From NCBI GenBank assembly GCA_040954595.2, contig CM082593.2, forward strand, positions 5,721,434-5,785,433: a stretch of DNA of 64,000 nt, given 5' to 3'. Positions 15,001 through 26,292 of the stretch are shown piece after piece. The notes under the pieces are model-generated. The model searched no databases and was not told where the DNA came from. It saw only the letters and a list, made by a program, of their open reading frames with translations. Source of the stretch: Balanoglossus misakiensis (lineage: Eukaryota; Animalia; Hemichordata). Both the position numbers and the translations under genes were made by a program. Each line of letters starts with the position of its first letter. Within the stretch, counting starts at the first letter, position 1.

Positions 15001-16444
15001 AACCCATGGTTTTTGTCGAAAAACCACCAAATTTTGAAATTCCGCAAATTCGAAAAATTTACATTTCTCGGTGATTTTCATGAGCTATAACCCATGGTTT
15101 TTGTCGAAAAACCACCAAATATTGAAATTTCGCACAGTCGAAAAATTGTCATTTTTGGACGATTTTCATGAGCTATAACCCATGGTTTTTGTCGAAAAAC
15201 CACCAAATTTTGAAATTCCGCAAAGTCGCAAAATTGTCATTTTTGGATGATTTTCATGAGCTATAACCCATGATTTTTTCAAAAATAGGCCAAATTTTGA
15301 AATTCCGCAAAGTCGAAAAATTGTCATTTTTGGATGATTTTCATGAGCTATAACCCATGGTTTTTGTCGAAAAACCACCAAATTTTGAAATTTCGCGAAG
15401 TCGAAAAATTGACATTTCTTGACGATTTTCATGAGCTATAACCCATTGTTTTTGTCGAAAAACCACCAAATTTTAAAATTCCGCAAAGTCGAAAAATTGT
15501 CATTTTTGGATGATTTTCATGAGCTATAACACATAATTTTTTCAAAAATCGGCCAAATTTTGAAATTCCGCTAAGTCGAAAAATTGACATTTCTGGGTGA
15601 TTTTCATGAGCTATAACCCATGGTTTTTGTCGAAAAACCACCAAATTTTGAAATTTCGCGAAGTCGAAAAATTGACATTTCTGGGTGATTTTCATGAGCT
15701 ATAACCCATGGTTTTTGTCGAAAAACCACCAAATTTCGAAATTTCGCGAAGTCGAAAAATTGACATTTCTGGGTGATTTTCATGAGCTATAACCCATGGT
15801 TTTTGTCGAAAAACCACCAAATTTTGAAATTTCGCGAAGTCGAAAAATTGACATTTCTGGGAGATTTTCATGAGCTATAACCCAAGGTTTTTGTCGAAAA
15901 ACCACCAAATTTTGAAATTCCGCAAAGTCGAAAAATTGACATTTCTGAGTGATTTTCATGAGCTATAACCCATGGTTTTTGTCGAAAAACCACCAAATAT
16001 TGAAATTTCGCGAAGTCGAAAAATTGACATTTCTTGACGATTTTCATGAGCTATAACCCATGGTTTTTGTCGAAAAACCACCAAATTTTGAAATTCCGCA
16101 CAGTCGAAAAATTGTCATTTTTGGACGATTTTCATGAGCTATAACCCATGGTTTTGTCGAAAAACCACCAAATTTTGAAATTCCGCAAAGTCGAAAAATT
16201 GTCATTTTTGGACGATTTTCATGAGCTATAACCCATGGTTTTTGTCGAAAAACCACCAAATTTTGAAATTCCGCAAAGTCGAAAAATTGTCATTTTTGGA
16301 TGATTTTCATGAGCTATAACCCATGATTTTTTCAAAAATCGGCCAAATTTCGAAATTCCGCAAAGTCGAAAAATTCTCATTTTTGGATGATTTCCATGAG
16401 CTATAACCCATGGTTTTTGTCGAAAAAAAACCAAATATTGAAAT
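1..16444 (+). repeat. 88-bp tandem satellite array, forward-orientation block (~187 monomers, runs off the left edge)
   Basis: Consensus GTTTTTGTCGAAAAACCACCAAATTTTGAAATTTCGCGAAGTCGAAAAATTGACATTTCTGGGTGATTTTCATGAGCTATAACCCATG recurs at 1, 89, 1321, 2641, 3961, 5281 (offsets are multiples of 88). An 87-bp variant (ATTTTTTCAAAAAT(A/C)GGCC) first appears at ~5545. Confidence 0.99.
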
Positions 16445-19400
16445 GACAATTTAGCTCATGAAAATCGTCAAGAAATGTCAATTTTTCGACTTCGCGAAAT
16501 TTCAAAATTTGGTGGTTTTTCGACAAAAACCATGGGTTATAGCTCATGAAAATCACCCAGAAATGTCTATTTTTCGACTTCGCGAAATTTCGAAATTTGG
16601 TGGTTTTTCGTCAAAAACCATGGGTTATAGCTCATGAAAATCACCCAGAAATGTCAATTTTTCGACTTTGCGGAATTTCGAAATTTGGTGGTTTTTCGAC
16701 AAAAACCATGGGTTATAGCTCATGAAAATCACCCAGAAATGTCAATTTTTCGACTTCGCGAAATTTCGAAATTTGGTGGTTTTTCGACAAAAACCATGGG
16801 TTATAGCTCATGAAAATCACCCAGAAATGTCAATTTTTCGACTTCGCGAAATTTCAAAATTTGGTGGTTTTTCGACAAAAACCATGGGTTATAGCTCATG
16901 AAAATCACCCAGAAATGTCAATTTTTCGACCTCGCGAAATTTCCAAATTTGGTGGTTTTTCGACAAAAACCATGGGTTATAGCTCATGAAAATCATCCAA
17001 AAATGACAATTTTTCGACTTCGCGGAATTTCAAAATTTGGTGGTTTTTCGACAAAAACCATGGGTTATAGCTCATGAAAATCGTCCAGAAATGTCAATTT
17101 TTCGACTTCGCGAAATTTCAATATTTGGTGGTTTTTCGACAAAAACCATGGGTTATAGCTCATGAAAATCGTCAAGAAATGTCAATTTTTCGACTTCGCG
17201 AAATTTCAAAATTTGGTGGTTTTTCGACAAAAACCATGGGTTATAGCTCATGAAAATCGTCAAGAAATGTCAATTTTTCGACTTCGCGAAATTTCAAAAT
17301 TTGGTGGTTTTTCGACAAAAACCATGGGTTATAGCTCATGAAAATCACCCAGAAATGTCAATTTTTCGACTTCGCGAAATTTCAAGATTTGGTGGATTTT
17401 CGACAAAAACCATGGGTTATAGCTCATGAAAATCGTCAAGAAATGTCAATTTTTCGACTTCACGAAATTTCGAAATTTGGTGGTTTTTCGACAAAAACCA
17501 TGGGTTATAGCTCATGAAAATCACCCAGAAATGTCAATTTTTCGACTTCGCGAAATTTCAAAATTTGGAGGTTTTTCGACAAAAACCATGGGTTATAGCT
17601 CATGAAAATCGTCAAGAAATGTCAATTTTTCGACTTCGCGAAATTTCGAAATTTGGTGGTTTTTCGACAAAAACCATGGGTTATAGCTCATGAAAATCAC
17701 CCAGAAATGTCAATTTTTCGACTTCGCGAAATTTCAAAATTTGGTGGTTTTTCGACAAAAACCATGGGTTATAGCTCATGAAAATCGTCAAGAAATGTCA
17801 ATTTTTCGACTTCGCGAAATTTCAAAATTTGGTGGTTTTTCGACAAAAACCATGGGTTATAGCTCATGAAAATCACCCAGAAATGTCAATTTTTCGACTT
17901 CGCGAAATTTCAAGATTTGGTGGATTTTCGACAAAAACCATGGGTTATAGCTCATGAAAATCGTCAAGAAATGTCAATTTTTCGACTTCACGAAATTTCG
18001 AAATTTGGTGGTTTTTCGACAAAAACCATGGGTTATAGCTCATGAAAATCACCCAGAAATGTCAATTTTTCGACTTCGCGAAATTTCAAAATTTGGAGGT
18101 TTTTCGACAAAAACCATGGGTTATAGCTCATGAAAATCGTCAAGAAATGTCAATTTTTCGACTTCGCGAAATTTCGAAATTTGGTGGTTTTTCGACAAAA
18201 ACCATGGGTTATAGCTCATGAAAATCACCCAGAAATGTCAATTTTTCGACTTCGCGAAATTTCAAAATTTGGTGGTTTTTCGACAAAAACCATGGGTTAT
18301 AGCTCATGAAAATCACCCAGAAATGTCAATTTTTCGACTTCGCGAAATTTCCAAATTTGGTGGTTTTTCGACAAAAACCATGGGTTATAGCTCATGAAAA
18401 TCGTCAAGAAATGTCAATTTTTCGACTTCGCGAAATTTCAAAATTTGGTGGTTTTTCGACAAAAACCATGGGTTATAGCTCATGAAAATCGTCAAGAAAT
18501 GTCAATTTTTCGACTTCGCGAAATTTCGAAATTTGGTGGTTTTTCGTCAAAAACCATGGGTTATAGCTCATGAAAATCGTCAAGAAATGTCAATTTTTCG
18601 ACTTCGCGAAATTTCAAGATTTGGTGGATTTTCGACAAAAACCATGGGTTATAGCTCATGAAAATCGTCAAGAAATGTCAATTTTTCGACTTCGCGAAAT
18701 TTCGAAATTTGGTGGTTTTTCGACAAAAACCATGGGTTATAGCTCATGAAAATCACCCAGAAATGTCAATTTTTCGACTTCGCGAAATTTCAAAATTTGG
18801 TGGTTTTTCGACAAAAACCATGGGTTATAGCTCATGAAAATCGTCAAGAAATGTCAATTTTTCGACTTCGCGAAATTTCGAAATTTGGTGGTTTTTCGAC
18901 AAAAACCATGGGTTATAGCTCATGAAAATCGTCAAGAAATGTCAATTTTTCGACTTCGCGGAATTTCAAAATTTGGTGGTTTTTCGACAAAAACCATGTG
19001 TTATAGCACATGAAAATCATCCAAAAATGTCCATTTTTTGACTTTGCGGAGTTTCAAAATTTGGTGGTTTTTCGACAAAAACCAAATGTCAATTTTTCGA
19101 CTTCGCGAAATTTCAAAATTTGGTGGTTTTTCGACAAAAACCATGGGCTATAGCTCATGAAAATCGTGAAGAAATGTCAATTTTTCGACTTCGCGAAATT
19201 TCGAAATTTGGTGGTTTTTCGACAAAAACCATGGGTTATAGCTCATGAAAATCACCCAGAAATGTAAATTTTTCGACTTCGCGAAATTTCAAAATTTGGT
19301 GGTTTTTCGACAAAAACCATGGGTTATAGCTCATGAAAATCGTCAAGAAATGTCAATTTTTCGACTTCGCGAAATTTCGAAATTTGGTGGTTTTTCGTCA

Positions 19401-21035
19401 AAAACCATGGGTTATAGCTCATGAAAATCGTCAAGAAATGTCAATTTTTCGACTTCGCGAAATTTCAAAATTTGGTGGTTTTTCGACAAAAACCATGGGT
19501 TATAGCTCATGAAAATCATCCAAAAATGTCCATTTTTTGACTTTGCGGAATTTCAAAATTTCGCCGATTTTTGAAAAAATCATGGGTTATAGCTCATGAA
19601 AATCATCCAAAAATGAGAATTTTTCGACTTTGCGGAATTTCAAAATTTGGCCGATTTTTGAAAAAACCATTGGTTATAGCTCATGAAAATCACCCAGAAA
19701 TGTCAATTTTTCGACTTCGCGAAATTTCAAAATTTGGTGGTTTTTCGACAAAAACCATGGGTTATAGCTCATGAAAATCACCCAGAAATGTCAATTTTTC
19801 GACTTCGCGATATTTCGAAATTTGGTGGTTTTTCGACAAAAACCATGGGTTATAGCTCATGAAAATCACCCAGAAATGACAATTTTTCGACTTTGCGGAA
19901 TTTCAAAATTTGGCCGATTTTTGAAAAAATCATGGGTTATAGCTCATGAAAATCATCCAAAAATGTCCATTTTTTGACTTTGCGGAATTTCAAATTTTCG
20001 CCGATTTTTGAAAAAATCATGGGTTATAGCTCATGAAAATCATCCAAAAATGAGAATTTTTCGACTTTGCGGAATTTCAAAATTTGGTGGTTTTTCGACA
20101 AAAACCATGGGTTATAGCTCATGAAAATCGTCCAGAAATGTCAATTTTTCGACTTCGCGAAATTTCAATATTTGGTGGTTTTTCGACAAAAACCATGGGT
20201 TATAGCTCATGAAAATCGTCAAGAAATGTCAATTTTTCGACTTCGCGAAATTTCAATATTTGGTGGTTTTTCGACAAAAACCATGGGTTATAGCTCATGA
20301 AAATCGTCAAGAAATGTCAATTTTTCGACTTCGCGAAATTTCAAAATTTGGTGGTTTTTCGACAAAAACCATGGGTTATAGCTCATGAAAATCACCCAGA
20401 AATGTCAATTTTTCGACTTCGCGAAATTTCAAAATTTGGTGGTTTTTCGACAAAAACCATGGGTTATAGCTCATGAAAATCACCCAGAAATGACAATTTT
20501 TCGACTTTGCGGAATTTCAAAATTTGGCCGATTTTTGAAAAAATCATGGGTTATAGCTCATGAAAATCATCCAAAAATGTCCATTTTTTGACTTTGCGGA
20601 ATTTCAAATTTTCGCCGATTTTTGAAAAAACCATGGGTTATAGCTCATGAAAATCTTCCAAAAATGACAATTTTTCGACTTTGCGGAATTTCAAAATTTG
20701 GTGGTTTTTCGACAAAAACCATGGGTTATAGCTCATGAAAATCGTCAAGAAATGTCAATTTTTCGACTTCGCGAAATTTCAAAATTTGGTGGTTTTTCGA
20801 CATAAACCATGGGTTATAGCTCATGAAAATCACCCAGAAATGTCAATTTTTGACTTTGCGGAATTTCAAAATTTGGCCATTTTTTGAAAAAAATCATGGG
20901 TTATAGCTCATGAAAATTGTCAAAAAATGACAAATTCCCGACTTGGGGAATTTTTTGTGATTTTCTCATTTTTGGACATTTTTCATGGATGAATGCTCAT
21001 GAAAATTGTCAAAAAATGACAAATTCCCGACTTTG
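16445..21035 (-). repeat. Same 88-bp satellite in inverted orientation (~51 monomers), degenerating at the array edge
   Basis: From ~16452 the sequence reads as the reverse complement (TAGCTCATGAAAATC...GGTGGTTTTTCGACAAAAACCATGGG). The last two units (~20900-21035) are strongly diverged. Confidence 0.98.
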
Positions 21036-21077
21036 AGACTTGTTCCAGAAGTGCTGATGTGTTGTGTACACTAACTG

Positions 21078-21295
21078 TTTATTGGATATTGGGGAAACAA
21101 AGGTTTGCGGTGCACATGACCCTTAAAGTAAAGCACACATAACGATTAGTTTCATTCAGATCATTGTGGTATTTATTGCAAAAATGAATGCTGTTCAGGT
21201 GTGGAATGGAACAGGTTGAGGTAATCATGGTGAGTCAAGTGTAAGAAATATTTCTATTAACTCTTAGCCTCAAACGTGTTGCTTGATAATTTATT
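21078..21295 (-). terminator. Candidate polyadenylation signals of PMPCB
   Basis: AATAAA on the minus strand at 21290-21295, 21172-21177 and 21078-21083, downstream of the stop codon. Confidence 0.5.
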
Positions 21296-21648
21296 TACAT
21301 GTACTTCTAGTTCTTTGTAGATGAAAAATTGGCCAGAGTACCTAAAAGTTCAAATGGAAGATCTGTTTAAGTCAGGATATCTTTGCACCATTTCAAATGT
21401 GCCATTTTAAACTGCACATCCTCTTCATGAAGTCAGACACACTCACAATGAATATAACAGTTTCAAACAATTACAGTTTAATTTGCTATAATAATTAAAA
21501 TTGTTAAACTTCAAAGAAACAAGGAAATATTTCATTTCAATTATCAACAAAACGGGCAATACATGTAATATCCTCATCACCAATGAACAAGATAGCAGGG
21601 CTGAATAAATAGCTATGAAAATCATCACAAAAACCCAAACACAGTTCA

Positions 21649-23097
21649 TTATAACCGCACCCAGTACATTCCACCGCGGACTCGGTTGTAGTCGGGCAGC
21701 TGCTCTATTGGACCGATGCCCGCCACTGCCGGGCATTTGTCGTAGATGTATTTGGTGCAGACGTCTCGGATGGTCTGCGCGCTGATGGCGTTGATGCGGA
21801 CCTCGAGCTCCGGGAGCGGGATGCGGCGGCCGTAGCACAGCATCTGCCGGCCGATGTCCTCGCAGATCGGGGTGGAGCCGTCCAGCTGCAGCAGCATGTT
21901 AGTCTTCAGCAGGTTCTTGGCGCGGTCCACCTCGCTCTCCGTCACGCTGGTGCACAGCCGCATCCACTCCCCCTGCAGGTGGAACATCATGTCCTCGATG
22001 CTCTCCCGCTCGCTGACGAAGTACATCCCCCACAGCCCCGTGTCGTTGTAGCACGTGTTGAACGACTGGAAGGAGTGGCACAGGTTGCCCTCGGCGACGA
22101 CCGACGCCAGTTTGCTGGCCACGTTGGTGCCCCCGCCGTGGGAGCGGTCCCAGGTGCCGATCATGGTGTTCGCCACCATCAAGGGGATGGTGTCCGGGTG
22201 GGACCAACCGACGCTCTCCACCGCGATGGCAATGTGAGCCAGCGGCATGGCATCATCTCGGACTCGCATCTCACTCCCTGTAAATCTGCATGGTGACAAC
22301 AGTGGAATTTCGTTCTCATACTTGATGCCGAGGTTTCCCAGATTCTGACTGGCCAGTTCCACCAGGTGCTCGTGGCTGACACCGCCGGCTGCCGCCAGGA
22401 CTATTCTCGGGCCCTTGTAGTGTGTCGAGATGTAATCCAGGAGATCCTCCTTGTTGATAGTCTTGATGTTTTCTGTGGGACCCAAGATGGTTCTCCCAAG
22501 AGCGGTGCCTTGGTACGCCGTGGCGTGGAGGTGATCAAATATGACTTCTTGGAGGTTGGTTTCAACCTCTTCCATTTCCCTGAGGATGACACCCCTTTCC
22601 CTGTTGATCTCCGCTTCGCCCAGCGTGCTATTCTGAACGATATCGGCCAGGATTTCAATGGCTTTAGGAAGATCGCTAGAGAAGGCTTTGGCGTAATACA
22701 CGGTCTGTTCGCGTGACGTGTACGCGTTCAGGTGGGCGCCCATGTTTTCAATTTCAAGTTCTAGTTCCATCTGAGAACGGTTCTTTGTGCCTTTGAATAT
22801 CATATGTTCGAGGAAATGCGCTACACCGTTTGTTTTCTCCGTTTCATACCTGCTACCGGCGTCGATCCATAATCCCACTGTACACGTAGGGATACCCGAA
22901 TCTTCTGATGCAACCCGCAGACCGTTGCCAAGTGTAGTCACTTTCGTCTCGGGGACATTCAGAAGCGTTTGAGGATACGTAGCTGTCTGCCTCCTCTGTG
23001 ACCTCTGGGCACAAACCAAACTCGCTGCTGGCAATCGTGACTGTCGCAGACTATTTTTGCCGAGCAAAGCAGCCGCTCTTACCAACTTCGACGCCAT
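21649..23097 (-). CDS. PMPCB: Mitochondrial-processing peptidase subunit beta (peptidase M16), intronless, 482 aa
   Basis: The ORF has the inverted Zn motif HFLEH and the motifs [27 protein letters not shown] and [14 protein letters not shown], ending [20 protein letters not shown]. The start was set at [12 protein letters not shown] (AATATGG Kozak context, Arg/Ser/Ala-rich acid-free presequence), not at the ORF-track start of 23193. Confidence 0.95.
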   Translation of the reverse strand: MASKLVRAAALLGKNSLRQSRLPAASLVCAQRSQRRQTATYPQTLLNVPETKVTTLGNGLRVASEDSGIPTCTVGLWIDAGSRYETEKTNGVAHFLEHMIFKGTKNRSQMELELEIENMGAHLNAYTSREQTVYYAKAFSSDLPKAIEILADIVQNSTLGEAEINRERGVILREMEEVETNLQEVIFDHLHATAYQGTALGRTILGPTENIKTINKEDLLDYISTHYKGPRIVLAAAGGVSHEHLVELASQNLGNLGIKYENEIPLLSPCRFTGSEMRVRDDAMPLAHIAIAVESVGWSHPDTIPLMVANTMIGTWDRSHGGGTNVASKLASVVAEGNLCHSFQSFNTCYNDTGLWGMYFVSERESIEDMMFHLQGEWMRLCTSVTESEVDRAKNLLKTNMLLQLDGSTPICEDIGRQMLCYGRRIPLPELEVRINAISAQTIRDVCTKYIYDKCPAVAGIGPIEQLPDYNRVRGGMYWVRL

Positions 23098-23160
23098 ATT
23101 GGAACACGAGCTGACCTTTGGTATTACCCATGGTTCAGTGCGACCAGGACTTCCGCTGAC
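23090..23160 (-). promoter_or_regulatory. Candidate PMPCB core promoter (YY1-like, nuclear-receptor half site, ETS/GABP)
   Basis: AATATGGCG overlaps the ATG, AAAGGTCA lies at ~23112-23119 and CGGAAGT at 23149-23155. This motif set is typical of nuclear genes for mitochondrial proteins. Confidence 0.4.
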
Positions 23161-23640
23161 CCCGGCTGACCCCATCCTATCAAAGTTCATCATTCTCCTC
23201 AGTGACCAAATTGATTGATTGAATTCACCTATTACTTCAAAGATAAAGAGCTAGGTCAAAGCACACATTTAATGATATAAAGAAAACACTATGTCACCAT
23301 GCTTGATTTTTTATAGAGCTATTCAGATAGTTTCACCTTAGGAAACTTGAAAAAAAGTGTTGACTCAGCTTTTCCATTACATTATTAATGGACTTACCAC
23401 ATGGTCACATGTTTGACAATTTCCTCCTGGAATGGGTGCAGTAACATTGTATAAGGAAAGGGGTTGGATGAAGTCAATAAAGTTTGTTGACCCTATCAGA
23501 ACAAAGGCCACTTGATAGAATGTGGTAGTTGTGGACAAATATGTCAACGCAATTACGTACGCCAAAATATTCTCTTGTCGCTTTAATAAATTCATATAAT
23601 AAATAAGAACGCACACATACTTTACTTTTTTATATTAGAG

Positions 23641-23646
23641 TTTATT
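23641..23646 (-). terminator. Candidate polyadenylation signal of the IRF gene (3' UTR ~2.5 kb)
   Basis: AATAAA on the minus strand at the end of a long AT-rich stretch that follows the last IRF coding exon. Confidence 0.4.
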
Positions 23647-26191
23647 TCATAAACTAAACAATATACATGTACAATACAGCTAATGCTTACAGCTAAAGTA
23701 ACTAAAATATTTCAACAAGAGTTTGATTGCACAAGATTGAAGAAAAGTTGTTTGGAAATTAAAAGAACTTGAGTTCATACAACTATGTATGTTTTGGTGT
23801 ATATGACTGTAAGAAGTTAATATGACTTAAGTACTGGAAGGAAGTTTTCTTTGTAAATACACCACTGTTAATCAAAGGAAAGAAAACGTTTGCATTTCAA
23901 AAGTTTTTCTGTGTGTACGACACTTTAGTGAGAGTGCAACATTGTTATACATGGTCATACTTGAATAGATACATATACATGAATTCGTCAGAAGTTAACG
24001 TCATCATTATCTCTGAAGGACCCTTCATCCTTGTTCTACATCCTGGCATTTTGACTAGTTTATGTCCCCCGCCCACGTCATTCTTTATAGCTAGTGTGTT
24101 ACTTTGGCTTGCCTTGTGAAAAAAATAAAAATTACATTTTTTTTCTCAGCCACTGAAGCGCATTGCTGTTCAAAGACCAGGCACTGATGAAAGTACCAGT
24201 GGTCATGAATATGGCCAATTTCCCACAATGCAGTTGAGCCAGAGAAACCACATACAAATCACTCCAACTAAAGCGGTGATTGTTGCTATGGTTACTGGTC
24301 AGTGTACACTCGCTAGAATCAGATGCCAAGTTTACAGGGCAAATTACTTGACTATAACATAAAATAGTGTCAACAATTACAAAATCCAATGTCATAAAAA
24401 CTTGATGGGTTTTACTGAAATTTACAACTTCTATTAAAGCCTCTTTCTTACATTCATGCCACCGATCTAACCCAGCTTGTCCCTGATCTGAGTGGTAGAA
24501 GCAATACTTTTTAAAATTTGAATAAGCACATCAGCCAATTGGATCATTTGTACTCTTTTAAAGAGAGGAATCAACTCATGCTGTCTACTTTTTAGTCAAT
24601 AATAACTGGCAATAAAGTCACAATGCATAGAATGAGTTATACTTCTATTTTGAACAGTCATATAAACTGAAATACTAACGACTACACCTCAACTATTTTG
24701 TGTTTGAATTTTTGGATGGGAAGAACACAAAACAACCAAATAGTGGTCAGCCAGAAACAAATAAATGCGTACGGTGAGTTTGAACTGAGCAGGGGGAAAA
24801 TTAACTGTTACAAGACAAGTGTCACCTACCAAACAAACAAAGACAGATGACAACAAAGAGCTCGTGATTTCATTTTGTATCAATGCTTTCAGTCAAACAT
24901 CCGTTCAAGTTTCACTGACTAACTATAGCTATCTACAAAAACGTCACAATGGTTATGTACCTCCCCGTGGCAACCAAAACAAAGATTGTCATACCAGCAT
25001 ACCATAGACATACCACTTTGTTGGCATGACAACTGTGTATTTCAGGTGCAGCACCTACAGTGGTGTCTCACAAAGTACATTTTGGTGAGAGAGAAAAAAA
25101 TCACCATATTGCTCATTCTCATAAAAAATATTTACATTTCATCTCTGTACATAGCAGTCGAACTGAAATTTCAGTTGAATGCCTTTTTTTCACACTCATT
25201 CTGTTGCTGTCAGTCAGCATGAGAATGCCAGGTTACCGTGACAACAGAACTGGACATTCTGTTCAAAATTTAACTGTGAAGACACCATTGTGAGCACTAT
25301 AGGAGAATAACGAATGCACTGATATTAATCACAGAAACCTGAGCTGAAACAAACCTCCCAGTATATTAAGACAGCTTCACCCCACACTTCAAGAAGAAAA
25401 CTCAAAACTGTTAAACTGGCACAAAAGTCTTATACCAGAAAAATACTGATACATATGGACGTGTTTTAGACTGAATAATCCTACTTGCTATAAAAATGTT
25501 ACAAATTTCTATAAAACAGAAAAGAAATGTATCCATGTTACAGCATGTTTAGGTAATTATGACACTGATTGAAGAACGTGTGTATATGTTGCAAATACTC
25601 AATTATGAACTCCACTTTTGTGGAAAAATTAACACAAAGCATTAGCTGTATATAGCATAGTGTAGCTGACTTTTTGATTAATATCTGGTATGACCTACAG
25701 CAAAGGTATTTATAACAATGTACATTTTTATAACTTACATGTTGTCACTTTTTAACACAAAACATACAAAAATTCACCAAGAAACGTATCTAAAAACCCA
25801 TCATTTGTGGATGGAAAAGAATGATATGGTTTATGATTTGTTTCAATTTCTTATTCATGAATGGTAATTCATATTTTCACCTGCTTCCATCTGTACTGTG
25901 ACAAGTTTAAATTTCCATATTTGGTGAGCTGACGTACATATTTGGGAAAAAACTGTCTAATGCGATAACAGTTTCTATTCCATGAGCTGACCACCATATC
26001 AGGAAAAAACCGATCCACTGCTTAGCAGGAACAGTCACGTAAAGAGCCAATCACACAACAGAGTGATTTGAACACCATTCCATTAGCCAATCAGACTTGC
26101 GCGTGGCTTTTCAACTCTGAACGGAAGAGTCTGGAGTTTGACTGCAATGTTTTTGTCAAGCAAACAGCTCTAACATCGAGGATAGTGCCTC

Positions 26192-26292
26192 TCAACATAC
26201 CGATGGATTTTCCATCTTTTCAAAAATACTAGATGGATTTCCAAGTTCAGGTTGCAATTCCTCGCCGAATTCACTGTATTGATCCAGGTCCC
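26192..26292 (-). CDS. IRF2: IRF1/2-like coding exon 9 (probably terminal)
   Basis: [33 protein letters not shown]-stop. Acceptor TTCATTGCAG. A GTATGT donor at 26200 could instead lead to one more exon. Confidence 0.65.

Noticed and set aside
5465-20591. Repetitive 67-88 aa ORFs (VIAHENHPKMTIFRLCG...)
   Set aside because: They are translations of the 87/88-bp satellite. Open frames arise only where 87-bp variants keep the frame, and the 88-bp unit is not a multiple of 3.
1-21035. CRISPR-like appearance (palindromic repeats at regular spacing)
   Set aside because: There are no unique spacers, the whole unit repeats, and the context is eukaryotic with no cas genes.
21443-22972. Overlapping and antisense ORFs within PMPCB
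   Set aside because: Shadow ORFs caused by the high GC content of the real CDS.
23098-23193. 32-aa N-terminal extension of PMPCB in the ORF track
   Set aside because: It would place acidic residues ahead of the presequence and overlaps promoter-like motifs. The ATG at 23097 has the better context.
23392-23560. Strong minus-strand donor GTAAGT upstream of PMPCB suggesting a 5' UTR exon
   Set aside because: No convincing pyrimidine-rich acceptor lies before the ATG, so it is unsupported without transcripts.
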